A stretch of DNA of 56,063 nt, the filler included, from Dugesia japonica (lineage: Eukaryota), in the NCBI GenBank assembly GCA_001938525.1. It is 5 parts of 5 records of this genome, joined end to end, with 100 filler letters (N's around TTAATTAATTAA, not from the genome) between each part and the next. Parts side by side here need not be neighbours in the genome. Positions count along the whole stretch, not along the records: positions 1 to 12,731 come from MQRL01561906.1; 4 more parts are not named here. One strand, given 5' to 3'. Below are positions 1 through 10,375 of this stretch, piece by piece (the stretch's first letter is position 1; every line of letters begins with the position of its first letter). A program made the translations under genes and the position numbers. Under the pieces are notes generated by a model that did no database searches, was not told the origin of the DNA, and was given only the letters and a program-made list of their open reading frames with translations.

Positions 1-224
1 TGTGACATGAAAACCTTTTATATATCAAATTGACTGTCATAAAATTGCGCGTCGTATAAAATAACGTTTGGCGCCATATCATGTTTCTACTTGACCCTAT
101 GCCAAAAAAACAAACTTCTTTTGTTCCCATTTTTCGACCGGAAGGAAGCATTTTAGGATACAAGTTTATGGGGGTGGGGGGTTTGCACTCTGCACCATGG
201 GGTCATGCAGACATGTCTCACTAC

Positions 225-496
225 TGTTTATACTTACTGATAGTGAGTATTGTGTATGCTAACACTTGATTATAGTGAGAACTGTATATGTTAATAGCTG
301 TTGATAGCGAGCATTTTGTATGTTAATACTCATCGATAGAGAGTATTATGTATTAATAGTTGACGATAGCAAGTATTTTATATGTTAAGACTTAATGGTA
401 GCGAGCATTATGTATTAAGACTTGTTGGTAGCGAGTATTGTGTTAATATAGCTGTTGTTAGTGAGTATCGTATATGTTAAGACTTAATGGTACTGA
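225..496. repeat. Degenerate minisatellite, about 40-bp unit (TATGTTAA.ACTT..TG.TAGCGAG.ATT)
   Basis: Six to seven imperfect tandem copies are visible and run into an N gap. Confidence 0.7.
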
Positions 497-1145
497 NNNN
501 NNNNNNNNNNNNNNNNNNNNNNNNNNNNNNNNNNNNNNNNNNNNNNNNNNNNNNNNNNNNNNNNNNNNNNNNNNNNNNNNNNNNNNNNNNNNNNNNNNGG
601 TTATGAAACTTGTCAGTATTAGAATCAATAATTTTCATTTATTCATTTACTTGAGTAATATTAGAATGTCGAATGAGTGGTTTTCATATTGCCCTATTCC
701 CACACTCGTATTGAACTTTGTATGTATTCATTCATTTTGCATATTTCATGTAAGTTTCATTAAATATTTTGATACTAGTAGAGGGTAAAAGGCGCGATTC
801 GACCAACACCCCCCATGCCATAAAAGGCAATATTTTTTAAGAAATTAGGGGGTGGAAAAAAATCGCGGTTTTTGGCAGTAAAAAGTGGGTAAAGTCTAGA
901 AAACTATGAAAAATGAGCAAAAAATCAAAAAGTGGAAAATCACTGTCTAGGGGTGAAATTTTCTAGGGGTGAAATTGAAAATGATGAAAATTATTTTAAA
1001 AAAAAACTAGTTTTGAAGTAGAAGCAAAAAAATTTTGGAAAAAAGAGGTTGGTTGAAAATTAGTTAAATTTTTTTTTTTTAGGTTGTTGTTGCTGGTTGC
1101 TGGCTTATAGCTTATATTTTGTTGTTTTTTTAGTTTTAATAAAAA

Positions 1146-1288
1146 TTAGTAACCAAAAGGTAGAGTAGTTATTCCATTATCTAAAATAAATCTTTTATCA
1201 TCAAATGAAGTTAGTGCTTGTTTATCTTGTTTAGTTTGTTTAACTTGGTGAAGTTTAGAATTGATTGAGTAGTTTGTTCCTGTTATTA
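1146..1288 (-). pseudogene. Second, diverged pPolB C-terminal fragment
   Basis: ITGTNYSINSKLHQVKQTKQDKQALTSFDDKRFILDNGITTLPFGY closely matches the C-terminus of 1700..2908 but differs at several residues. It is cut by an N gap. Confidence 0.85.
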
Positions 1289-1699
1289 NNNNNNNNNNNN
1301 NNNNNNNNNNNNNNNNNNNNNNNNNNNNNNNNNNNNNNAGACCATAAAAATCGATATTTTTTATGAAATTTTCGCTAGGAAAAAAATGTCGAAAATAAGC
1401 GATAAAAATGCATCGAAATGCTAAAAAGTGATAAAAAATGAGCAAATTTCTTAAAACTGAAAATCCATGAAAATGTACCCAGGACGATTCTTTACCCCGA
1501 ATGAAAAATGAGCATTTTTTACAAAAATTAAGTAGATATTTTTTAGAAATTTTTTTTACAAGAAATTGTTTATAAAAAATAGAAAATTGCCCGTTTTCCG
1601 GTTGTTGTTTTCAGTTTGTTGATTATTATTTATTGTTTATTATTGCTGGTTTGTTATTTGTCGTTTGTTATTGCCGATTTGTTGCTTGTTGTTTGTTGT

Positions 1700-4600
1700 T
1701 TAATATCCAAATGGTAATGTAGTTATTCCATCTTCTAGAATAAGTCTTTTATCATCAAATGAAGTTAATGCTTTTTTATTTTGTTCAGTTAGTTTAACTT
1801 TATGTATTTTAGAATTTATAGAATAGTTTGTTCCAGTTATTACCAAATTATTGTACAAAACTTTTTTATATTGATTAGCTGTAAAGTTGTTTGTGTTACT
1901 TATTCCTTTATGTTTCTTTAAATCTTTCTTTTCTTTTACAAGATAATAAGATTTGGCTTTTATAAAGAATGCTTCTTTTATTATTTCATTAGGATATTCA
2001 TCCTTCATTTCGAATAAATTATTGCCAAATAGATTTGAAATTTTTGTTTTCTTGTCAAATTCTTTCCAATTCATGTTAGGATGTATAAACTCAATCATTA
2101 AAGAATCCGTATCAGAGTAATGTATTTTCCATTGTTCTTTGTTGAAACTGTTGGGAATTCTTTCATTTAATTGATTATAAACAAAATCATACATGATTAG
2201 TTTAGCATAATCTAGAACAAAGAATCCTATATACTGAAATTTATTATACATAATCAAATGTTTAAATGATTTAATTAAAGCAACTTGTTCATTAATTATG
2301 ACTGAAGATTTATAACTAGGTTTAGATACATGATTTAATAATTCCTTTTTAGATTTTGATAGGTATAAACTAATCCGATTTCTAACATTTTCCAAAGTCT
2401 TTCCAAAGAATGCATTGTTTAATAGTTTGAAAAAAGAGTTTCCGAAATCATCATTATCAACTTTTGCTGCATCTCTTGAATTAATATTAGATTGTATATA
2501 ATCTTTTAACCAATATTTAGTTGGAATCTTTATTTTGGTATGGATTTTAGATAAAATCATTCCCTGATCAAGATATAAATCCAAAACTTGTCCTAGAACT
2601 ACATAATTATATTTATTTTTCTGTGTCATTATTAATTTTTCATTAGAAGATTGTTTCTGATCCATCATATTTAATAAATGTTTTTGATAATCACTCAACT
2701 CATTATAATCAATAGATTGTTTTTCTACAGCTAATGGATAATATTTTGTCTTTTCTTTAATATTTTCTAGATAAATTAAATCAACTGTATATATATAATC
2801 CATATAAATCTTTTCTCCAAGTTTATTAACTCTATAATTATCATTAGTTCTTTCATAAGTTTTGCTATAATCCCAACTCATTTCACCCCAAGGTAATCGT
2901 TTTGTCATGGATGCAGCATAATATTCTCATCCAGACATTTTAGTGTATGAAATTCATCAGCTACTACATGTCGATTACCACAAACTCCTGAAAATCCACC
3001 TCGAATTCCTTGTTCAATAGTTAGAAACATGTCAAAGTTTAGATTGTTGGCATTTAATAATCTAACTTTTGATACTTTCATTCCAATTTCCCATGTTAAA
3101 CCTGGTGCTGAATAACAATATGTTGGGTCAATTTCATTCCTATCTATTGATAATTTCCTAAAGTTTTCGAAAAAGTCTGCTAGAATTATTACATCAAGTT
3201 TCATGTAATGTAAAGTATAATCCATTAAATTCTTAAAGTTTGAATAATCTTTTTGAAATGTTTGATAATCAGATTCAGATAGTTTACTTTGCCTAAGTAC
3301 ATTGTAAAAATCATCAATCTGTGGATAATAATTTAATAATTTTCTTTTAACATCTTGATAATCTTTACCACTTACATAATCGTATGGATAAATTCCTTTA
3401 CATGGTTTTAGATTAAAACTATCTAAATGAGGATGATTTTTACTTTTTAATAAATCTTGACCCATCTTTTCAACTGAATGGCCACTGCACATTCTTAAAG
3501 AATCAAGAAATCTCATTCTTTGTAGTGAAAATGAAATGTAAACATCATCATTTAATGGAATTAGATTATTAATTTTATCAGGATGAGAGTTGCATAATTC
3601 TTTAAATACAAAGTGATTATCAAACTTTGATGCATTATGAGCATAAACTGGAACAAAATACTTTTTAGGATTCTCAAATTTCTTTATACAATCATGATGA
3701 GCAAATCCTCTAGTACTTCCTGTCCAAGGATTTACTGATAGATAATCACAATTTATTGAACAAGATTCACAATAATAACACTTTTCATTAGAAGCTAGAT
3801 CAAGATTCTTGTCATCTAATTCTATCGATTCATTTCTTGTTTTGATTAAACTTTCAAATAATTCATTAAATTTTAATAGCCAATCAATAAATTTACTTAT
3901 ACAATCAGGACCTTTGAATGATTGATAAATATTTGCAACTTTAGGATGATTGCTTACTAAATATAATCCCAAACAGAATGGTATCAGCTCATGTTCTTGT
4001 CCATTGGAATCTAGTTTAAAAGTTTCTATATCAAAGTAAATCGCAAATGGATTCTTGTTTTTCATATAAAACTTGTTAAACTTGTATTCATCTTGAAAAC
4101 TAAACTTGATGTCTGCATTTTTCTGTTTTAAACAAAGTAATTGGTGATTATATAAAGATTGTTTATCTCTTTTCCAGTTCATGCAATTAATACATAATTC
4201 ATTAATTTGATCAGCTTTCCTATTTAATTTGTTGAGATTTCTAATTAAAATGTAGTGGCCATGTTCATCATGCCTTTTGAATAATAACAAATTACATTTC
4301 CTAACAGTGTAATGAGGATTAGTTTCTAGATGTGAAGAATAGATTTTCTGTACTCTAGGTTTGTCTGATGGATAAATTATCTCAAATACATTAACTTGAA
4401 AATCATTTTGTCTTTCAAACTTGGTAATATTTTTTATATCCATTGGCATTTTAATACCTGACCAATTTAAAGAATCTATTCTTTTTAGATAATTAAAAAC
4501 AGAATCACCCAAAAAAGGATCAAGATGAGCCATTATACAATATTTAAAACAATTGTAATCATTCTCAGGATTCTTGATGTTTAGAATTCCAGGAATATTT

Positions 4601-5415
4601 TTCCATATAGTAGGCAATGGGAAATAACCTTGTCCTATTAAAGATTCATAATTTGATAGTTCAATTGTAAAAGAATTAAACTTTTCAAATGACCAACCTG
4701 ATCCTTGAGTCTCTGTTGTAAAAATATCTTCTGATAACTGATCCAACATTTTGTCAATTACTTGATCAATTTGACTAACCATTGTAATTTTCTGTGAATG
4801 AGTATCATATTCCTTAATCCATTGTTGATTAGTTGTACTATTTTGTCCAACAAAGTCTTTTGTATAAGTAGTTGAACAAGTTATAGATACTGCTACTTTT
4901 TGAAATTTGTCAATAAATATATTAGTCAAGTCTTTCATTTCAAAAGAATAATACTTTAAAAGATTAAAATTAATTCTATCATTAAATTCTTCAATATCTT
5001 CACTAGATGGTTGACTTTCATTTTTATAAATACTAAAATATTTCTTTAATTTAATCATTGATTGTTGACATGTTTCTACTTCATATTCACCTCTTGGAAG
5101 AATAAAATCTTTAAACAAATCTTTAATATTAAAAGAAGATTCAAATTCAGGAATAGTATCTGAAGAATCTGAATAATCTTCTATATTACTTTCTGCTAAT
5201 TTCTCTACATGTTTACGTCCATTCAAGTGTCTGTTATAATTTACAACATTATCAAAATTCATGTTACAAATATGACATCTTCTCCAAGAGTTTCCAGCAT
5301 TAAGTGATTCAACTTTTTTCAAATGGACTTTACCTTTTAGATGAGTTTCTAAATGATAATCACTTCTAAAAACTTGATTACAAATTTCACAAAATCTTTC
5401 AATAGCTCTAGACAT
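1700..5415 (-). pseudogene. Protein-primed family B DNA polymerase (pPolB) with two N-terminal C2H2 zinc fingers, frameshifted in motif A
   Basis: ExoI YFDIET, ExoII HNASKFDNHF, ExoIII YMKLDV, motif A LDEN..YAASM (split near 2920), motif B KLLNNAFFGK, motif C YSDTDS and C-terminal DDKR. ORFs 2905..5415 and 1700..2908 overlap at the break. Confidence 0.95.
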
Positions 5416-5474
5416 TTTTAAACAAAGACTTTTGGTTCAGATGGTTGGATAGGTGGGTCAGCAAATTTTTTTTT

Positions 5475-6167
5475 TCAGTGCTGAGTTTTTTTTATATTAT
5501 CAACTTGACTCAGCTGACTTGCAAGTTGTTCCATCATGATTGGAAATGTTTTTGAAAGATGATCCAGTTGACTTGCAAGTTGTTGACTAGTTAGTTGTTG
5601 ACTAGTTGATTGCTGTTTGCTTACATCTTGATTACCAAACTTTTCAAGTTGTTCTTTAAGTTTATTAATTATGTCTTTACTAATTTTAATTTCTTCATTA
5701 CTTAATTCATCATCTTCCAAAGCTTTTGTATGAAAGATGAATAACTTATTTTTAGTTTCTTCCAACAATTTAATTTTACTAGTATATTTAACTATTCTAC
5801 TTTTTATTAAACTAACTCTTAAAGATCCATGAGCAATTGAATATATAATTGGTATGCCAGTAATTATTCCAGTTAGAATTAAAGGTATTGAAAAAGATAG
5901 AGTAGACATGATTATTATTGTTCCAGAAGCTATACCTACAAACGTAGAAATACCAACATCTGTAAATCTAACTCCACTATCAAATCTTGACCATCTTCTT
6001 TTTAATTTTTTATAATGTTTTAGCTTATCTTCTATCCATTCTAGATCATTCTCAAAATCTTTAATTCTTGTTTGGTTTAATTTATTTTTTAAATCTTGTA
6101 TTGTACTGCTTCCAAAGTCATTATCATTATCATTATTTAAATCTGGGTATATTTTAACAGCTTCCAT
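5475..6167 (-). CDS. Polinton 2-TM / coiled-coil protein of unknown function
   Basis: N-terminal KIYPDL and RIKDFENDL motifs, a central Gly-rich double hydrophobic segment and KALEDDELSNEE. Homologous to 29008..29658 and 21515..21690. Confidence 0.75.
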   Translation of the reverse strand: MEAVKIYPDLNNDNDNDFGSSTIQDLKNKLNQTRIKDFENDLEWIEDKLKHYKKLKRRWSRFDSGVRFTDVGISTFVGIASGTIIIMSTLSFSIPLILTGIITGIPIIYSIAHGSLRVSLIKSRIVKYTSKIKLLEETKNKLFIFHTKALEDDELSNEEIKISKDIINKLKEQLEKFGNQDVSKQQSTSQQLTSQQLASQLDHLSKTFPIMMEQLASQLSQVDNIKKTQH

Positions 6168-6188
6168 TTTTTATTAAATAATTTGAGT

Positions 6189-7436
6189 CTAATCATTTTC
6201 CTTTTGTGTTATAGTTAAAGATTTAAAATAACTATTAACACCAATGGTTATTGAAAATTTTAACCAATTTCCTCTACTTATTCTACTACTAGACATATTA
6301 AAATTAGATGTCAAATTATTATCCCACTTTATATGATGTTCAAAGTTTTTAAAAACTACTGGATTAGATTCTTTTGTTATTAAAATATCATTAGCCGTAG
6401 TAATGTAATAATTTGGATTTGGATTTGGAATTTGATTTTGATATTTATTAACAAAAGTAATAGAGAAAAATAATTCATCTACTTCTTTTAATAATTCAAA
6501 ATTTAATATCATATTTTCATAAAGATCATAAAAATATTTTTCTTCTGATTTCTTAATAAATTTTCCTCTTCTAGATGCTTTAAATTTTTTAATTTTAAAA
6601 ATTACAACAGTTGGTAAATTATCAATAATTTTATCTACTGTTAATTTAAATAAAACATTCTTGGTTTTTATTTCATCTTTCTCTAGTGAAAATGGAAAAT
6701 AATTTTCAATTCCATCTTTAAACTCTTTAAGTAAATCAGGATAATAAACTTTCTTTTCTTCTCTTTGTTTTTTTAAAACATTCAAAATTAATACAAGATT
6801 TTGTCTATCATTTTTATAAATGAATAGTAAAGATAAAAAAGTTTTTTCCAATCCAGGTAAAGGATCATTTTGTATTTGATTTAAATAATCTAATTCTTGT
6901 TTTAATTTATTAAATTTTTCTTTAACTTCACTACATTTATCCTCACTACATTTACTTGTTAATTTATCAACTACTTCTTTTAATTTATCAATTTTATCAA
7001 GTAAAAGGTTTTTTAATTTATTATGTTTATTATCAATTTCATCTTTATAAAAGTTTTTAATTTGTTTAAAGTTTTCAATCTGAATTAACATTTCACTTTT
7101 TAGATTAATAAATTCTTTTTTCCTTTCACTCAATTGTATTTTGTTTGTTTCCATTAAAGTATCAATAGTAACTTGTTGTTTAACTATTTGACCAGTCAAC
7201 TGATTAGTTAACTGGTTAATCTTTTTATCAATTTGTTTATCAACATATTCTCTATCATCATATTTTTTATTTCTAACTTGTTCTTCATGTTCATGAATCT
7301 TTAATTTTAAATTAATTTTACTTTCCACTTTACCATCAAATGCTTCTAGTAATTGGTTAGTATTTTTATTGTCCAATGTTTCTCCAAACCTATTCATTAT
7401 AACATTTGAAAAACTATGAGTCATTTCTTTAAACAA
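6189..7436 (-). CDS. Putative fibre/spike-like virion protein (coiled-coil stalk plus C-terminal domain)
   Basis: MNRFG start motif, EYVDKQ motif, long coiled coil, and IENYFPF resembling the repeated IDNYLPF in element 2. Same position (after the protease) in both elements. Confidence 0.5.
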   Translation of the reverse strand: MFKEMTHSFSNVIMNRFGETLDNKNTNQLLEAFDGKVESKINLKLKIHEHEEQVRNKKYDDREYVDKQIDKKINQLTNQLTGQIVKQQVTIDTLMETNKIQLSERKKEFINLKSEMLIQIENFKQIKNFYKDEIDNKHNKLKNLLLDKIDKLKEVVDKLTSKCSEDKCSEVKEKFNKLKQELDYLNQIQNDPLPGLEKTFLSLLFIYKNDRQNLVLILNVLKKQREEKKVYYPDLLKEFKDGIENYFPFSLEKDEIKTKNVLFKLTVDKIIDNLPTVVIFKIKKFKASRRGKFIKKSEEKYFYDLYENMILNFELLKEVDELFFSITFVNKYQNQIPNPNPNYYITTANDILITKESNPVVFKNFEHHIKWDNNLTSNFNMSSSRISRGNWLKFSITIGVNSYFKSLTITQKEND

Positions 7437-7466
7437 TTCTTAAGCCATCTTGTTAAAGTCAACATA

Positions 7467-7970
7467 TCAAAGCCAATCTTTGAAAGTTGTTTTCAATTCC
7501 CTAATTATTAAATCAAATTTCTGATTAGTAGGAACTCCAACAATTTTATAAATAAAGTAAACACACAAAACACCACATATTCTAGTTTTCCAAGGTTGAA
7601 CTCTATAATTGTTCCATTTTAAAGAACAATTTGAAATCTTTTCAATACAATCTAAAGAAGGTAAGCCATAAGAATCAAAATAAAAGCCTTGCAGTTTACT
7701 ATTAGCTGTACACCGCTGAACGTAGGCAACCCAATGACTACCTTTTTGATTTGAATTTTGATAGTTTATTATAAAACAATTGATGGATGCATTGATGGAT
7801 GTACCATCATTCGCTGGTTGTTGCTTCAAGTAATCTTGCATTTCATTTTTCATTAGTATATAGACTGGACAATTAAATTGCAAGAATTTAACAAAATCCA
7901 TTAAATCAAAATTAGTTGTTGTTGATGTGCCAAATGTTTTTAAAAAGTCTATTATATTATAAGATGCCAT
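7467..7970 (-). CDS. Adenain-like (Ulp1-type) cysteine maturation protease
   Basis: Catalytic motifs GSHWVAY (His), YFDSYG (Asp) and VQ...ICGVLC (Gln, Cys). Confidence 0.92.
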   Translation of the reverse strand: MASYNIIDFLKTFGTSTTTNFDLMDFVKFLQFNCPVYILMKNEMQDYLKQQPANDGTSINASINCFIINYQNSNQKGSHWVAYVQRCTANSKLQGFYFDSYGLPSLDCIEKISNCSLKWNNYRVQPWKTRICGVLCVYFIYKIVGVPTNQKFDLIIRELKTTFKDWL

Positions 7971-7987
7971 TTTTTAAAAAACATGTT

Positions 7988-8707
7988 TCATTTAACCTTT
8001 CTTAAATGAATCAAGATGTTAATCTTTTCACCATCAAAGTCTATTGTATTAAAATTCTCATCTACTATATTTAATTTTATTCTAGATATAAAATCTGTAT
8101 TAATTTGCGAATAAATTGGATTAGCTGGTCTGTCAGTTATCCTATATCCATAAGGAACTGTTCCCATTGGCAAACTGTGTAATAAATTATATTCTTTATT
8201 ATTTAAATAATTACCTTGAACAATATTACAAATAATATTAATAGTATTAATGTCAATAATATTAATTTTATTATCTGAAATGTGATTGCTTTCCTTTTTA
8301 ACAAGATAGCCATCAGCCAAAACATTATATCCTAATATTGTATGAAAAAAAGAAGTATTGTCAAATTCAAGCTTTACTTCATTGGTTTTGTTAATCTCTT
8401 TATCCTTTACAAGATCCTTTACATATAATTGGATAAAAGCTTTACCTGTTGAAACATCAAAAGTTAATTGAATACAGTCAACAGTCAAGCGCTCAGCTAT
8501 TTGTTTTATTTCATAAGCACCAGGAAATAATTCTTTCAAAGTACTATTGATTTTATATTTATTATTTTTATTATTTATATTTAAAATCATGTTGGAAGTT
8601 GTGAACCAAATTAGAGCAATTTCTCAATCACCTTGTAAATTTAAACCATTTGATAATTTAGTTTCTAATTCATGTTCTTGACCATATATTAAAAATTGAT
8701 GAGACAT
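7988..8707 (-). pseudogene. Minor capsid (penton-like) protein with one in-frame stop
   Basis: Likely true start MSHQFL at 8707 (element 2 also starts MSHQFL). In-frame TGA at 8624-8626 (GD*EIAL). Motifs PGAYEI, INIICNIVQG and IVDENFNTIDFDGEKINILIHLRK. Confidence 0.85.
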
Positions 8708-8762
8708 GAGTGAGGTAATTTTTTACATATATAATTTAGCTTTTAGTAGTTTAGCTTTTAGA

Positions 8763-9707
8763 TTACAAGTATTTATTTTTTAGTCTATCATATTTAGTTT
8801 TGGTTATTAATTTTTCATCCAAAATTTGATTAATTGTTTTATTAAAATCATCAGTCATGTTATCGTGGCCAGCTTTTATTGCACTGGTTATTATTACAAA
8901 CTTTTCCAAAAGCTTTATTGGATTATTAGTCAAATTTTTAAAACCTTGTCCAATCTCTTTAACAGAATCAATTTCTTTATATGGAGGAGGATTTTTTAAT
9001 TTTTTAAATTCATCATCAAAATTTTCTCTAACCTTACATGTTCTAATATATTTACTTGAATGTGGAATAGAAAAATTAAAACTATTTAAATAAATTTTTT
9101 TAGCCTCATCATCATTAGATCCATAACCAAACATTAAATTTAATACTTCTTTATTAAATGGTATTTGTTTTAAATCATTNNNNNNNNNNNNNNNNNNNNN
9201 NNNNNNNNNNNNNNNNNNNNNNNNNNNNNTAGATCCATAACCAAACATTAAATTTAATACTTCTTTATTAAATGGTATTTGTTTTAAATCATTTATTTGA
9301 AAAAATTTTTCATATGAATCAATTGTTTTTATTTGTTTTAAATTTATAATATCTGAACCAATTTTAAAAGAATCAAAAGCATCATCATCATCATAAACAA
9401 TATAAGGAATTAAAGTTGGAGGTAAATCATACTTTTTACAAACTGGGAATTGATCTTTTTTTATTCTAAATCTATCACTAGATATTTTTTCTTGTTCAAC
9501 AGGTTGTTGCTTAATAGGTTGTTCTTTAATAGGTTGTTGCTCATCTTTAATTAATTGATTATTGTTCAACTGTCCACTCCAATTATTTGAAAACTGGTTA
9601 GAAAAAGAAACTTGTTCAACAATAAACTTGTCATATTTTTCAATTCCTTTAATTTGTTCTTTTAAACTTTTTATTCTATCTTCAATCCAATCATTCATTT
9701 TATTCAA
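8763..9707 (-). CDS. Conserved Polinton protein of unknown function (C-terminal L.EK......IK(A/S)GH.N helix motif)
   Basis: Homologous to 33831..34787 at both ends (RIKSLKEQI vs RIKELKAQI; IKAGHDN vs VKSGHNN). An internal N gap has duplicated flanks. Confidence 0.7.
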   Translation of the reverse strand: MNKMNDWIEDRIKSLKEQIKGIEKYDKFIVEQVSFSNQFSNNWSGQLNNNQLIKDEQQPIKEQPIKQQPVEQEKISSDRFRIKKDQFPVCKKYDLPPTLIPYIVYDDDDAFDSFKIGSDIINLKQIKTIDSYEKFFQINDLKQIPFNKEVLNLMFGYGSXXXXXXXXXXXXXXXXXNDLKQIPFNKEVLNLMFGYGSNDDEAKKIYLNSFNFSIPHSSKYIRTCKVRENFDDEFKKLKNPPPYKEIDSVKEIGQGFKNLTNNPIKLLEKFVIITSAIKAGHDNMTDDFNKTINQILDEKLITKTKYDRLKNKYL

Positions 9708-10318
9708 GTTTTATTTGCATCATACGAATAAGGATTCAAATATAATCCTTTACCACTAGGTATAATTTCAATTCCTTTTTTAAATTTCTTTTTATTTATT
9801 ACTTTGTGATTAGTCAAATAAGGTTTTAGATATTTATGGATAGCTGAACCTTGATAAGGATTTAAATAAATACCAGTTCCCGACTGGACAGTTCCCGACT
9901 GCAGTAACTTGTTTTCAGTTGTTGGTAACTTGTTTTCAACTGTTGGTAACTTGTTCAACTGTTGATCTAATAATTTAGATTCTTTAAGCTTATTACTAGC
10001 TTCTCTTGAATTTGCAACTACTTTTGCAATACCAGCAGCAGCTCCTGCAGTTCCTGCAACTGCTCCTGCTACTCCTGCAATAGTAGGAGCAGCTGCACCA
10101 ATTCCTGCCAAAATAGCAGGTATTAAACCTAATAATGGAAATAATCCTCCTTCTGTCGTTTTATCTCCAGATGCCTTTTCAATTCTTTGTTTTATTAAAT
10201 CTTTACTTCTTTTTCCAATCCAATAATTTTTACCATTAATTCTAATTGATTTACTCTTGTCACTATTTATCAAATCCAACAATTCTTGTTCAGTTGTGTT
10301 TGTATTACTATTAGGCAT
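9704..10318 (-). CDS. Adenovirus pX/mu-like virion protein
   Basis: GG|LFPLLGLIPAILAGIGA resembles the adenovirus pX C-terminal peptide GG|ILPLLIPLIAAAIGA. It also has two GxG(I/L)YLNPY motifs. Homolog at 34812..35402. Confidence 0.7.
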   Translation of the reverse strand: MPNSNTNTTEQELLDLINSDKSKSIRINGKNYWIGKRSKDLIKQRIEKASGDKTTEGGLFPLLGLIPAILAGIGAAAPTIAGVAGAVAGTAGAAAGIAKVVANSREASNKLKESKLLDQQLNKLPTVENKLPTTENKLLQSGTVQSGTGIYLNPYQGSAIHKYLKPYLTNHKVINKKKFKKGIEIIPSGKGLYLNPYSYDANKT

Positions 10319-10375
10319 TCTATTTTTATATAAAGTGTTTTAGCTTTAAGCTTTAAGCTTTTAGCTTGGGTTAAT

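Noticed and set aside
8624-8626. In-frame TGA at an expected Trp in the penton, suggesting TGA=Trp recoding
   Set aside because: Other Trp codons are TGG, TGA ends several genes, and the other in-frame TGA (about 25999) replaces Gly. A point mutation is simpler.
8857-9093. Short antisense ORFs over Polinton genes (also 9562, 24560, 26762, 31931, 32192, 35026, 35487)
   Set aside because: Shadow ORFs of well-supported genes on the opposite strand.
9110-9295. Apparent internal peptide duplication (NDLKQIPFNKEVLNLMFGYGS twice)
   Set aside because: Identical sequence on both sides of an N gap is a typical unmerged contig overlap. The same applies at 32410-32500.
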